Below, one piece after another: positions 1 through 15,248 of a stretch of 64,000 nt of DNA; positions within the stretch are counted from its first letter, which is position 1, and every line of letters begins with the position of its first letter. Under the pieces are notes generated by a model that ran no database searches, was not told the DNA's origin, and saw nothing but the letters and a program-made list of their open reading frames with translations. The translations under genes were made by a program, and so were the position numbers. Source of the DNA: Octopus vulgaris (Eukaryota); NCBI GenBank assembly GCA_951406725.2, contig OX597839.1, positions 27,466,001 to 27,530,000 of the forward strand, given 5' to 3'.

Positions 1-595
1 GTCACTACCCATGAATTTATTCAGAACAATTCCAATCACTACTATTACAACCACAACAGGTCACTTTTAGGTCACTTGACCATTTAAGAGGATTCCACCA
101 ACATCCTACTTCTGTCATACAACTCCCGTATTCTTCTTCTTCTTCTTCTTCTTCTTCTTCTTCTTCTTCTTCTTCTTCTTCTTCTTCTTCTTCTTCTTCT
201 TCTTCTTCTTCTTCTCCTCCTTCTTCTCCCTCAGCTATTACTGCTGCTTAAACATTCAAAACCAAGAATTCATATCAAATATTAGAACTGCTACTACCTG
301 CTACCCGCTACCAAGCCCTCAAAAGAGTAAAAAAATAGAGAGAGATAGACGTACTGAAAAAAGGAAAATGTCCCTTGTATTTGAAAACTACGGAAATATT
401 TTGAAAAACCAGTTCATTGAATTTTCCACAGTCTAATTGTCTTTCATGCTTTACTCTAAGTTGAAATAGTCGCAAAGGCTGAAACCGGTACTAAAATGTC
501 CTTCATGATGAAATTAGTTTAGCTTTTTCTACCTTGACTTTCTTTCCTTATACTTATCAACTCGTGTGTTCCTTTTCAATCTTTTACATATACAT

Positions 596-739
<144 letters not shown>

Positions 740-810
740 TTGTATGTACGTATATATATATATATATATACATATGTATGTATGTATACACACACATATA
801 TATGAATATG

Positions 811-841
<31 letters not shown>

Positions 842-916
842 TTGTATATACTTGTTTACACAAACATACATTTCTATAAACACCCACTTGCATTCACATA
901 TATAATGGTGGTGTTG

Positions 917-948
<32 letters not shown>

Positions 949-1245
949 GGTGGTGGTGGTACTAGTTGTCATGAGGAGGATGGATGGAAGGGGAGGATGG
1001 GAAAGAGGAGGGGGCAGCAGCAAGAAAGCGGGAGTGATGCAGGAGCAGTGGTGTTGGGGCGCGGTGATTTCGGGGTGAATGCAGCGCAACTTCTTACCTG
1101 GTGATTCAAGAAGCTATTGTATCATATGATGGATGGATTACATGCCGTACACACAGACAGACGCACAGCACAGGCGAACATACCTGCCTAGATACACATA
1201 TATATATGTACATACATATGTACATAAATGCATGTTTGTATTATG

Positions 1246-1296
<51 letters not shown>

Positions 1297-1467
1297 CATA
1301 CATAAATATTTACATATATATATATATATATATATATATACGTATATATATATATGTATGTATATATATATATATATATATATATGTATGCATGTATATT
1401 TATATATATATATGTATGCATGTATATTTATATATATATATATGTGTGTGTATACATGTATATATAT

Positions 1468-1515
<48 letters not shown>

Positions 1516-1520
1516 ACATG

Positions 1521-1571
<51 letters not shown>

Positions 1572-1598
1572 GCATACATGTATATATACACACACATA

Positions 1599-1659
<61 letters not shown>

Positions 1660-3971
1660 GTGTGTGTGTGTTAGGTAAAATAAACACCAGAGATGCTTCT
1701 TTACCCCACGCAGAACCTTGCAGGATCTATTTCGAGATATTGCAAGCCTCTTCTTCTGATCGTGACTAAAGCAATCGCTATGCCGCCGCCCCCGCAAACC
1801 CTTTTTTGTTTCTACAGCAACTCTCTCAGGGACACAAGCGTTTCCGCCCCATACCCTGCCACGCACACACACACACACACACGGTGATAGGGAAACCCGA
1901 GCATGTTGATATTTAAGGCGGTGAGGTGGCAGAGTTGTTGGTGCACCCGGCAAAATGCTTCGCGGCATCTTTGCAGTCTTTATGTTCTGAGTTCAAATGC
2001 TGTTGAGGCCTATCTTTCTTTTTAACTCCTCTCGGAGTCGTTAAAATGAGTACCAGTGAAGTACTGGGGTCGATGTCATCGATTAGTGCCCCCCCCACGA
2101 ACTTAATGGCATTCAGCTAAAACCTGAAGCCAATATAAGATTGATGTAAGCCTGTGGAGCTGGCAGAATGGTTAGCACGCTGGGCGAAATGGTTAACGGT
2201 ATTTCGTCCGTCATTACGTTCTGAGTTCAAATTCCACTGAAACTGCCATTGCCTTTCATTCTTTCGGGGTTGATAAAGTGTGTACCAGTTGGACACTGGG
2301 GTCGATGCATTCAGCTTAATCCCTTCCCACAATTTTTCAGGCCTTGTGCCGAAATTTGAAATTAATGTACACTCTTGAAGGCAGCGAAGTAGTAGAAACG
2401 TTAGCAACGTCGGGGTAAAATGCTTAGCAACATTTCGTCCATCTTTACACATTACCTATTTCTTTACTACCCAGAAGGAGCTAAACATAGAGGGGACAAA
2501 CAAGGACAGACAGACGGATTAAGTCGAATACATCGACCCTAGTGCGTAACTGGTACTTAATTTATCGACCCCGAAAGGCTGAAGGGCAAAGTCGACCTCG
2601 GTGGAATTTGAACTCAGAACGTAACGGCAGACGAAATACGGCTACGCATTTCGCCCGGCGTGCTAACCACTCTGCCAGCTCGCCGCCTTACATAACTAAA
2701 GCATTATAAATACCAAACGGTAATATTGATCTCCACTTAAAATTGAATGTTGTTTTAAAACACGGAATACTAAAAGATTATAAGAGAGATTCTTTCCTCT
2801 TTAACTATCGCAGTATCCTGTGTTCGATCTCAACGTCGACTTTTAAGTAGGGATAAAAGTTATTTTACAATTTATTTCTATTTTACTAAGTTTAATCTGA
2901 TAAATGTTCCAAGTGGCTTCCATCGTCTCTGCCACATTTCTCGGAACTGTCAAGAACAGCGTTTCATTGATTTTTAATTTAATATCATTTTGTGAGTAAG
3001 GTGGCGGGCTGGCAGAAGCGTTAGCACGCGGGGCGAAATGCTTAGCGGTATTTCGTCTGCCGTTACGTTCTGAGTTCAAATTCCGCCGAGGTCGACTTTG
3101 CCTTTCATCAATTCGGGGTTGATAAATTAAGTACCAGTTGTTTTACTGGGATCAATCTAATCGACTGGCCCCTTCCCCAAAACTTCAGGCCTTGTGCCTA
3201 GAGTAGAAAAGAATATCATTTTGTGTGTGTGTGTGAAGGAGCGTAGCTTAGTGGCTAGTGTATTCGGCTCACGACCATAAGATCGTGAGTTCAATTCCTC
3301 GCGACGCGCTGTGTCCTTGAGCAAGACACTTTATTCCACGTTGTTCCACTTCACCCAGCTGGCAAAAATGAGTTATACCTGTAATTCAAAAGGGACCAGC
3401 CTTTGAGAGGTTTTAGTCGATTACATCGACCCCAGTACGTAACTGGTACTTAATTTCTCGACCCGAAAGGATGAAAGGCAAAGTCGACCCCGGCAGAATT
3501 TGAACTCAGAACGTGAAGACAGACGAGATACCACTAAGCATTTCGCCCGGGGTGCTAACGATTCTGCCAGCTCACCGCATTACGAGTGGTATAATAATAG
3601 CTAACAGCCACTGAGATCGCAAAAAGCCAGCAGGCTACGAATAAATTAGTTATTATCGACAGGAGTCGTGTGTTTGTAACGAATAACAATTAGGACATGG
3701 AATTTAAGCTGGATGTGCTGTTTATTATTCGCAACAAACAATGCTTCTGTCAGTGATGGCTAATGTGATGTATAATCAATCATTAGCTGTGAACTCTGTG
3801 AGAATCCGCGGTCTTATTCCCGTGTTGGATGTCGGTTATAGCACACTTATTGAAGCTGCGCCCTCAGGCGGTGTTAATGGTAGTTAGAATGCTGTTTATA
3901 GTGTGACAAGTTTTGAGGCATTGAATTGTGAAGCAACTCAACAACGCCAGCTTCATAAATTATTTTTAGTC

Positions 3972-4950
3972 TTTACAGGTGTAAATTTATTTACGACGAA
4001 AAGTACAATTAATACCTGCAGGTGTATCTTTATAACAAAAGCTATATTTAATCTCTACAGGTGAATCTTTATTGACATAAACTATATAATTAATCGTATC
4101 GTATCGTAGCACTCCGTCGGTTACGACGACGAGGGTTCCAGTTGATCCGATCGATGGAACAGCCTTCACGTGAAATTAACGTGCAAGTGGCTGAGCACTC
4201 CACGGACACGTGTACCCTTAGCGTAGTTCTCGGGGAGAATCGGCGTGACAGAGAGTGTGACAAGGCTGGCCCCTATGAAATCACGGGTACAACAGAAACA
4301 GGAAGAAAGCGTGTGAGAAAGGTGTGGTGAAAGAGCTTTAGATGTTTTCGCTCAATAAACACTTACAACACCCGGTCTGGGAATCGAAACCGCGATCCTA
4401 CGATTACGACTCCGCTGCCCTAACCACTGGGCAATTGCGCCTCCACATTTAATTAATATCTACAGGTGTATCTTTATGACAAACTTGATATTTAGTCTCT
4501 ACACGTGTATCTATACGTCAGTGGCTATACTTAATCCCTAGTGGAGGCGCAATGGCCCAGTGGTTAGGGCAGCGGACTCGCGGTCATAGGATCGCGGTTT
4601 CGATTCCCAGACCGGGCGTTTATTGAGCGAAAACACCTAAAGCTCCACGAGGTTCCAGCAGAGGATGGTGGTGATCCCTGCTGTACTCTTTCGCCACAAC
4701 TTTCTCTCACTCTTACTTCCTGTTTCTGTTGTACCTGTATTTCAAAGGGCCGGCCTTGTCACTCTCTGTGTCACGCTGAATATCCCCGAGAACTACGTTA
4801 AGTACACGTGTCTGTGGAGTGCTCAGCCACTTACACGTTAATTTCACTACAGGTGTATCTTTATGACAAACTTTATATTTAGTCTCTACACGTGTATCTT
4901 TACGTCAGTGGCTATACTTAATCCCTACAGGTGTATATTTGATTACAGGT
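3972..4950. repeat. Degenerate ~39-bp minisatellite interrupted by two SINEs
   Basis: ctacaggtgtatcttta-like units at ~3972-4095, 4460-4520 and 4846-4950. Confidence 0.75.
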
Positions 4951-6717
4951 ATGTTCACCGCCATCAATTCACCGTAAAGAAAATTCACCTTGGGAAAAGT
5001 TTACCGAGAAAATATATCCATAGAATCTTACCATTAATAGGTAAAAACTATTTTATTGAAGAAAAGAAAAAAACGGTGAATTGCGAACGATGAACTTTCT
5101 TTGCGGTGAATTGATGGCGATGAACTTTACCTGTGATAAATTGATGACGGAGATCTTACCGGACATGGTATGGATATGGAAGCACTCCGTCGGTTACGAC
5201 GATGAGGGTTCCGGTTGATCCGAATCAACGGAACAGCCTGCTCGTGAAATTAACGTGTAAGTGGCTGAGCACTCCACAGACACGTGTACCCATAACGTAG
5301 TTCTCGGGGATATTCAGCGTGACACAGAGAGTGACAAGGCCGGCCCTTTGAAATACAGGTATAACAGAAACAGGAAGTAAGACTGAGAGAAAGTTGTGGT
5401 GAAAGAGTACAGCAGGGATCACCACCATCCCCTGCCGGAGCCTCGTGGAGCTTTTAGGTGTTTTCGCTCAATAAACACTCACAACGCCCGGTCTGGGAAT
5501 CGAAACCGCGATCCTCTGACCGCGAGTCCGCTGCCCTAACCACTGGGCCATTGCACCTCCACTGGACATGGTATATTTACTAGTGTGAAAGATTTAAGCT
5601 GGTTTTAATTCCTTGGAATATATATTCTTTGTTCTTGGTCTCTATTTTATTGTAATTTAAGACTTAAATATGCCGACTTTTACGTCTATCTTTTACGTGC
5701 TAAATATGAATAGGGACGCTGGCAAGATGGGATATAAGCTTAGAATTCAGTTCTTGGATTCATCAGGCTAACGCTAATCCACGGTGTATAACTGGCTGAG
5801 ATTGCAATACCCTCGCCACCCCCCACTGAATGTGGTGCCCGTCTGTTGCAGGCTTAATTTCTCAGATATTCTTTTCTACTCTAGGCACAAGGCCCGAAAT
5901 GTTTTTGGAGGGGCCAGTCGATTACATCTACCCCAGTACGTAAGTGGTACTTAATTTATCGACCCTAAAAGGATGAAAGGCAAAGTCGACCCCGGTGGAA
6001 TTTGAACTCAGAATATAAAGACAGACGAAATACCTATTTCTTTACTACTCACAAGGGCTAAACATAGAGAGGACAAACAAGGACAGACACACGGATTAAG
6101 TTGATCATATCAACCCCAGTGTGTAACTGGTACTTAATTTATCGACCCCGAAAGGATGAAAGGCAAAGTTGGACTCGGCGGAATTTGAACTCAGAACGTA
6201 ACGGCAGACCGAATACGACTAAGCATTTCGCCCGGCGTGCTAACGTTTCTGCCAGCTCATTGCCTTTCAATTTCCCAGATATTGCTAAAGCTCATTTATA
6301 GCTGAGTGGACTGGGGCAACGTGAGATGAAGTGCATTGCTCAAGAACACAACGCAATACCCTGTTTGTCAAATCGAAAAAAACCCCCTAACCGCAGGCAA
6401 CATGGTTTTACGGGCATAAAACACAAAATAAATGAATGTCAGGCCAGTTTTTAAATTGTAATCTTTTCGTTGTTCCAAGAGTTGTGGATTTGATTGCCAT
6501 TTGTGTTTCTGTTTCATTTCTTGCTTCCGTTTTATTTGCTCCACCATCTTTAGGTCGATATTGCAATCACAAAACCTCCGCCGCTCATTAAACCAAAGGC
6601 AGATTCTACTTAACAATAACCACACCTCGGTTATTCACCTCACTGGCCATGCTGTATCCTCTGAATACACTTCGGCTGGCAGACTTAATTCATGCACGCC
6701 ATTTAGTGCCACTGTTA

Positions 6718-7185
6718 CGAGCCTATTATGCTTCACTTTTGAGGAAATTAAGAGAAGCTATCAAAATCAAGAGGCGGGGCAAGATCAGCAAAGGCATCCT
6801 CCTCCTGCAGGACAACGCTCCGGTCCACAACTCGCGTGTCGCCAGATCAGAAGCACAGGCGTGCGGCTATGAACTCCTCCCCCATCCCCCCTACTCTCCT
6901 GACCTTGCACCCTCTGATTTTCACCTTTTCCCAGCCATGAAGTTGTTTTTGAAAGGAAAGCGTTTCCCAGATGATGCAGCCTTGATTTCTGAAGTCACGT
7001 CGTGGTTGGAGGACCAAGCTGGGGTCTTCTACGAAAACGGTCTCCAGAGCTGCATCAAACGATGGGAGAAATGCGTAACTCTGGGTGGTTCCTATGTAGA
7101 AAAAGACTAATAACTGTGCCAAGTTTCGTTGCTCTACTGCTATGGGAAATGGGTCAGGGGCATTACTTATTGAACACCCCTCGTA
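6718..7185 (+). pseudogene. mariner transposase 3' fragment with right TIR
   Basis: LLLQDNAPVH and LPHPPYSPDLAPSDFHLF motifs, stop at 7110; TIR-like end cattacttattgaacacccctcg followed by TA. Confidence 0.9.
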
Positions 7186-7668
7186 ATCCCTTTGTAATAC
7201 ACTATAATTCATCCCTTGGGATAAATAGTAGCATGAAGCAGAATTCTACAGATGGAAAGACACACAAACACACCCTTGTCTTTTATAGCTTCTTTTAAAA
7301 CAGTTATTTTTGTCGTCTAACCTATATATACACACAGTCTCTTTGGTGTTTAAAAACTGCCATGAAACGTTCTGCAGTGTAACCTGTTCGTTATGTTAAG
7401 CACAATTATATTTATGTATACTTGGCGGGATATTATGGTTGCAAAACCAAATACGTTGTCTTTGCCAGCAATTTACTTTATGTGTGAGTGTGAGAAAGAG
7501 AGAGTGTGTGTGTCAGTGTGTGCTCGTGTGTGTGTGTGTGTGTGTGTATGAGTGTGTGTGTGTGTAATGGATGATGTGGCGTTGCTTACGTAACTAACAC
7601 AAATTTCGAAACAGCTGTCAAGAAATGGAATAAACATCTATTCTCTCACTTCACTTCTTTTATCTGGT

Positions 7669-7727
<59 letters not shown>

Positions 7728-8638
7728 ATTGTTGGCTTCGTAGTGTTATGAAATTGAAGCCGAAGACAAACTCTAACAGCTTCAGTAGAAGCAAGAGCCA
7801 TATCTTCTAAAGCATAAACTGTTACAAACGTTTGTACCAGGTCGCTTCTCTCCTTTTCCACCACAAACCTCAAAAACAAACCCTTGTGGCTTTGCTCTTC
7901 CTCATCTGACCAAACCACAGCAATACCACAAATCCATCTACATAATTGAAATATTCCATAACCAATAACCAATAATACTCACTAAAAATATTGATTGGAA
8001 ATGCACTAAAACGAACTCATGTCACAGATCGATCGATCGTACAGTATGTTTGACCAGCAGCTGTATTTTCGCTACGAAATAAATCGATAAGTAATCGTTT
8101 TTTATTGAAGAAGCAAAAAAAGTAAAAAATGAAAAATAGAAAAATAAAAGTTTGCTTCATATTTCATACTGATCAGAAATATCGATTCAGGTACAGGATA
8201 GAAAAAAAGAACAATTAAATACATAATGATTACGGTTTAATACAGGGTAGCATAGCAAGAGGTTGTGGTCAAGGAGGGGCTGTGCTTTTCGTTGGGGTGG
8301 CGTCCTTGGGTCCGCTGTATAAGTCTGTATAGGAGCGGGATAGGGAAATAGAAAGCGGGAGGTGGGTGAAGCAGACTCGAAGAGTGCCACGGGCGGCGCA
8401 CACTCTAGCTACGCCACCATTAATATTTTAAAAAAAGAATAAAGAATATCGCAAAAAATATGTATTTCCGTTGTATTAAATGTATTAAGAGAGTGGATTT
8501 GTGCTGGGGGAAGGACGTGAGACGATTGTAGTGATGTGTGGGGGCGGGGGAGATGTGTGGGGGTGAGGGAAATGAAGTAGAATGTGATTTCATATTGAAG
8601 TTCTAGTTCCATAGATAAGTTCATATATATACATGCAG

Positions 8639-8708
<70 letters not shown>

Positions 8709-9558
8709 CATATACATATATACATACTTATATGTATATATATATACACACATATGTATAAATATACATATATATACATATATATATGTATATAAATATA
8801 CATATATATATTTATGCATGTATAAATATGCATGTATATATATATACATACACACACTCACACACACATACATATATTTGTATGTATGTATGTATGTATA
8901 TATGTATGTATGTGTATATATGTATACTGTATATTACACAGAAGGAGGTAAAATTCCGAACGCAGTATAACTGGGAAAACAGCAGAAAGGTTGGATATTT
9001 TACAAAACGTTGTTGGAGATATGTGTATGTGTGTGTGTGTGGCTGTGTGTGTGTGTGTGTGCGAGCGCATTCAGATGTGCGTGTGTGAATGTGTACTATG
9101 TTACGTATGTGTGTATGCCTGTGCGTATATCTATGCATGTATGTATGTGTTAGTATATGTATATACATATAGGCGTAGGAGTGGCTATATGGTAAGTAGC
9201 TTGCTAACCAACCACATGGTTCCGGGTTCAGTCCCACTGCGTGGCATCTTGGGCAAGTGTCTTCTGCTATAGCCCCGGGCCAACCAATGCCTTGTGAGTG
9301 GAATTGGTAGACGGAAAATGAAAGAAACCCGTCGTATATATGTATGTATGTTTGTGTGTCTGTGTTTGTCCCCCTAGCATTGCTTGACAACCGATGCTGG
9401 AGTGTTTACGTCCCCGTCACTTAGCGGTTCGGCAAAAGAGACCGATAGAAAAAGTACTGGGCTTACAAAGAATAAGTTCCGGGGTCCATTTGCTTGATTA
9501 AAGGCGGTGCTCCAGCATGGCCGCAGTCAAATGACTGAAACAAGTAAAAGAGTAAAGA

Positions 9559-9622
<64 letters not shown>

Positions 9623-10026
9623 GGAAAAGTAAAAAGAAACAGAGAAGATGCACACTAAGTATGAATGTAATAAAAGCAAATGAGTTAAAGTTATATTAAA
9701 GTGTATAAAAATCATTATAAAAAGCCATACCGGTTTCGCTATAGGTGATCACTGACTGTGAATCAACACCGATTGTTAAGCGGTGTTGCTTATACGCATA
9801 TACTTAAGTGAAAAAACGTTGGATGCAAAGAAGTAAATAGTTGCCATGGACTGCCACTGACTCAGTGGTGATTACATGTGGCGTGTTCTCAGCCAATCTA
9901 TATAGTATTAACCTTCTCTGCTGTATCAGTCGTTATGCAGGTGAATCACGGACCGCATTGCTTTATTCTATTGTGTAAATGAATCACAAAACGGAATTGT
10001 ATATGTACTTGGAACACATATTTGTA

Positions 10027-10071
<45 letters not shown>

Positions 10072-11199
10072 GTGTGTGTGTGTGTTTGTGTGGGAATACG
10101 TATCAATGCGTCTTTGCATGTAACAAAGCTTTTCTCCGAACTAATGGATTATTTTCTAATATTTGATTAGGAGGATGTTTCCCGAAATATTATAGAAGCA
10201 TTAAAGAACCTACGTAAGGTAATACAATATCTTCTCTTTGTTTATATTTATTGACACCACCTTACATTTTTTCCTAACTTCTCACCAGCATTACTCAATT
10301 TTTTCTAAATATTATCTTCCTATAACAGCTTATTGTGTTGATATTCCTCTTCAAAATGCATTTATTTTAAAACTTTGACAATAATTGACTATGGCCCAGT
10401 CATAAATTTCAATGTTAATAAATCTTTAATTACCAAAAATAAATTTAAGACTTTGGGGTAAAAGAAGCAAACCCTCTTGCTTCTGTAATGCTACTATCGG
10501 TGCAAATAGTAACACAATTTTTATTTAACTGGGGGCACAATATTTCTTCGTAGTTTGGAAAATTCGTTTTTTTTCTTTTGCTCTTTATATTTTGTGATTT
10601 TAATCTGTATTTGCAAATTTCTGGGTATGTTTTTTCAAAAAAAAAAAAAAAATTATAAAATATTGTATTTTTATGGTAATAAACCGAGAAACGAATTTAA
10701 AAAATAAATAAAATTTCGATGAAACACATTCGCAATGTTCATGGGAGTTATATGAAAAATTTGCATTTTTATTACTTTTATTTGCATAATTTATTATTTT
10801 TTCTTCTTCAGTCTCTCGCTTCCTCATTTTCGCTTGCACATTTTTAAGGGAAAAATAATAATTTGATTCGTAATATGAACATTTTTTTCTGTTGTTGGTG
10901 TAAAAAAAAAAAGAAAAATTCACTCTCCTAGCAATCGAAATACTTCAGGAAACCATTTGCATAATGGTAAATTCTGCAATTCACCGATATCCTCTGTGAT
11001 GTGTCATCCATTGTTCAACCCACTGCATACCTACTTGTAGAATCGACTTCTAAATGGCTAAATATTCCAGACACATGGATATTTAAGATAATTCTCTGGG
11101 GTCGACAAAATAAAGTACCACCCACTCTAAAGTGACCGGCTTTATACAAAAATTTGGAACCATTATTATTATTATTGTTATTATTATTATTATTATTAT

Positions 11200-11234
<35 letters not shown>

Positions 11235-11679
11235 TTGAGCGAGAGAGCAGCGCATGCCATCAAAGTGAAACTGGGGTGCAAATATACGAAGCCCATCATA
11301 CCCATTGTGACTACCTGTTTGATAAGGGTACACCAGGCACATGCCTCACAACCATATGTGCGAGGCATGGGGATCAAGATGAACAGTGCATGACCTTGCA
11401 GTTACAGGTCGAGCAGCCCATTCTGCTCAGAGGTCCCTGGATAGGGCTCGTTTAAAAATAATGAACGAAAACCCAAAGAATCCCTCTCAACACATTCCTA
11501 TGATAATCCCCGGCTACTTCTGCTCGTGATCAAAGATGCACACATCGTCAGCCACTAAGGGATATTATTATTATGTGTTAAAAGCTCACAGCTTATTTTG
11601 CTCTGTTATGATGGAAAGTGTCAGGTGTCCACAGCCAGCAGACCAAGGTGACACTTGTTTACTGGTCATGCTTCAAGAA

Positions 11680-12680
11680 CCCTGCAAAGAATTCTTGCAG
11701 TTCCAAGCAATGCTGATTTTTGTAGGTGTTCTACCTTCACACTTGCACCAATCTTTTCGAGCCAATGTTGGCAATTGAGTGGAGATACTTTCAAGTGCAC
11801 CAATTACGATTGGTATCACGTCTTCTCTCTTCATTGACCACAACCTTCATATTTCTCTAAATCATCGTAGTTGTTCAGTTTCTCTTCTTTCTCTTTGATC
11901 TTGTCAACGGGACATACTATGTCGATTACCATACATGTACTTTCTTTTTTTTTTCACCACAACACCGTCCGTTTTCCGATATCTGGTCGGGTGATCGCAC
12001 TGAATCATTGCATCCCACAGGATTTTGCGATTCTCATTCTCGGTGACTCCTTCTGGGGTTTGCTCATACCACGTCTTTGCTCTTGGATCATTCTTGCCAC
12101 ATTAGCATGGCGTCTTTTGTATTATCGTTGTGTCAATTTCGGACATTCGCTAACGATGTGCCATACCGTTTCATCCCTCTCGAACTTAGATGTTAGTGCT
12201 CTGAGTGCCCCTACAACTACTGGGAGGCAATTTCGTCTTTTAATAGTCTCTACTTTCCAATCTTTTCTACTTCTTTGTCACTTATGCGTGCATCTCCAGG
12301 TATTGCAATATCTATGATCTTCGTTTCCTTTTTTCTTTTTATCTACCACAACAATATCCGGTCTCCGATCCTCGATGAGGGAGTCACATTGGATTGTAAA
12401 ATCCCACAGTGTCTTATATTCCTTGTTCTCGGTGACCCCTTCCGGTTCATGCTCGTACCATTTCCGTACTCTGTTCAGGCCGTACTTTCCCACATGGCCT
12501 CCAGTGGACGAACTTAGCCACGTTATTGTGCTTCCTTTTGTAGTGCTTTTGGGTCAGCTTGCTACATTCACTCACAACATGTGAGATTGTTTCGTTTCTA
12601 CTGCTACACATCCTATAAAAAGGGGATTCGCTACTCTTATCTATTTGGAACTTAGATTGAGAACAGTGGTTTGTCACAAT
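11680..12680 (-). pseudogene. Two adjacent decayed R4/Dong-type non-LTR fragments (Zn knuckle + restriction-like endonuclease)
   Basis: RMCSSRNETISHVVSECSKL..YKRKHNNVA and WYEHEPEGVTEN..LWDFTIQCD..RRPDIVVVDK; a similar segment recurs at ~11680-12185. Confidence 0.8.
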
Positions 12681-12865
12681 TATTGCACCGGATAAAAATA
12701 CCTTGGGGGTATCTCGTTACATCCTAAGACCAAGTCTCGCTACACCAACGACAACGTTACCTCCTGGTAAATAAAACAAAACAGGGGTCATGCACTAGGG
12801 TCGATATATTCCAGTTTTTTTCCTCTCCTTCTATTCATGTCTAACTTTGTTCCTATGTTATTAAA

Positions 12866-13264
12866 TCTATATATATAAAACTGTAGTTGTGTGAGTGTCT
12901 GTCCCCTTCGATTTAGATTCCTAACTACTCCTACATTTTGCGGTGCAGTTTAACCAAAACCGGGTATCTTATAGTCGTGATTCATATCGAGCCCGTCTGG
13001 GTATTAGCGCGCGTCTACGATGAGTCTACGATTTAAAAAAATATTTAACATCATTTTTTCCATTTTAATGCATTTTTCGCTATTATATAAGGGAAGTAAC
13101 TCTCTAAAAATGTCTACGATGAGTCAACGACTTAAAAAAAAATTACCATCATTTTTTATTCCATTTTTAATGCATTTTTTTGCTATTTTTTTGCTATAAC
13201 TCACTAAAATGCTTATATAGTTATTTCCCTTACAAACCCGAGCAACGCCGGGCGATACTGCTAG
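12866..13264 (+). mobile_element. Non-autonomous Helitron
   Basis: A|TCTATATATATAAAA 5' end, subterminal hairpin CCCGAGC-AAC-GCCGGG, CTAG|T 3' end, no TSD; internal duplication of tctacgatgagtc. Confidence 0.85.
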
Positions 13265-13965
13265 TAATGCATAATAGAAAGTTATATAACACTTAAATAA
13301 TTTCATTTGTGAATGTATATTAACAAGAAATAAACAGAAATGATATAAATGATAGCTTGAGCTGATATTATTTTTAGCGAACAGAAATCCAGAAGAAAAT
13401 TACTTTTTTAATAATCTAAAGAAAATCATTTTTGGAACGAATTTTCCAATTTTTTCCCCTGAAGTTCTCCAACTTTTACCAAATAGTTCCAGGCAGTCTT
13501 GGTCTGATGGTTACTACTTTAGCAATTCCCACTACCTTCAGTTAATTTGAATTTTTTATTTCTTCTTGACGTTATTTATTAATATAATACGTATGGTTAA
13601 TACTTATGGCAGCAGCGTGTGACTAAAATGGTTGAGTGGCGGACAATATTCCTATGTCTATACCTTGTGGTGTGTTTCGAGACGTTATTCTACTTTCTGA
13701 AAATCTAACGCGTTATCGAGTTCGAATTTTGAGTTTCCTTTTTCCAGGATCGACATTTAAAAACAGGGGGTCTCCGATCTCCGGGCTGCAGATCAGTTCT
13801 AGGCCGTGCAATGTTAGGCACCGGGCCGCACAGAAAGAATAGAATTACGAATTTTCCATCTATTTTGAGTATCGTATTAAACAGAGTGCTTTTGTATAAC
13901 ATGTATATTATATATGTAATATATATGTAATAATTAAATTATATATGTAATAATTAAATTATATA

Positions 13966-14193
13966 TGGCGGCGAGCTGGTAGAATCGTTAGCACGCCGGG
14001 CGAAATGCGTAGCCGTATTTCGTCTGCCGCTACGTCCTGGGTTCAAATTCCGCCGAGGTCGACTTAGCCTTTCATCCTCTCGGGGTCGATAAATTAAGTA
14101 CCAGTTGCGCATTGGGGTCGATATAATCGACTTAATCCGTTTGTCTGTCCTTGTTTGTCCCCTCTGTGTTTAGCCCCTTGTGGGTAGTAAAGA
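13966..14193 (+). mobile_element. SINE family C (representative copy)
   Basis: ggcggcgagctgg..gttcaaattccgccgaggtcgac..gcctttcatcc..ggggtcgataaattaagtaccag. More than 15 copies, e.g. 2455-2690(-), 2999-3212, 5872-6260(-), 35555-35780, 35970-36655(-), 38776-39195, 45430-46010(-), 59991-60220, 63152-63385. Confidence 0.85.
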
Positions 14194-14755
14194 AATATAT
14201 ATATATTATGCATTTTATTGCGTTCTGTTATGCACGGGATCCTCGTATATACAGCTCGAAGTTGGATCACCGAGTCAGTCCGGTATTGTCCGCACAGCTC
14301 GAAATTACGTGAATAAAAAGCAAATAAGTAACATGGATGTCCAGATATTAGTGTATTATGGCCGTAATGCATATATATATATATATTGATAGAAATGGTA
14401 AGACAACAAAAGAATGGAAGAGACCTCGATATTATGTAAACATCCGAAACCCGGAGTTTTATCATGTATACCGAATAATTGTTACATATTATATTTACAC
14501 TCACACACACACAAACACGTATGCATGTATGTATGTATGTATGTATGTATGTATGTATGTATGTATGTATGTATGTATGTATGTATGTATTATGTATGTA
14601 TGTATGTATGTAGCACGGAATTTTGTTAGTGAACAGGTCGTGGTTTCAAAGCGACGAAAATATTTTCACAAATAAAATTTAAATGCTGAAGTGAATCTAA
14701 CGGTTTTTTATGTTTTTAAATGGCTTATAAACACCTTCCACGCTGCAATTGTGTT

Positions 14756-14800
<45 letters not shown>

Positions 14801-15189
14801 GCCGGGTCTCCTTCAGTTTTTTTATATCGAATCCACTCACAAGGCTTTAGTCAGCCAAGTAGAAGACACTTGCCCAAGGTGCCACTCAGTGGGACTGAAC
14901 CCGGAACCATGTGGTTGGTAAATAAGCCACTTAACACACAGCCACTCCTGCACCCATATATTGTAATACCTCAAGTTACGAGGATCCGCTTTACGAAAAA
15001 ATTAACTCATATATCGAAGCATTAGGCGAAGGAGTAGCTGTGTGATAAAATAAAAAATTAAAAAAACTTGCTTGCCAATCACATGGTTCCAGGTTCAGTC
15101 CCATTGTGTGGCACCTTGGCAAGTATTTTCTACTATAGTCTCGGGCCAGCTAAAGCCTTGTGAGTGGATTGGATTTGGTTGACGGAAAC

Positions 15190-15248
<59 letters not shown>

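Noticed and set aside
4522-4620. tRNA gene
   Set aside because: The tRNA-like head continues into a SINE body and recurs many times in the window; no proper tRNA 3' end.
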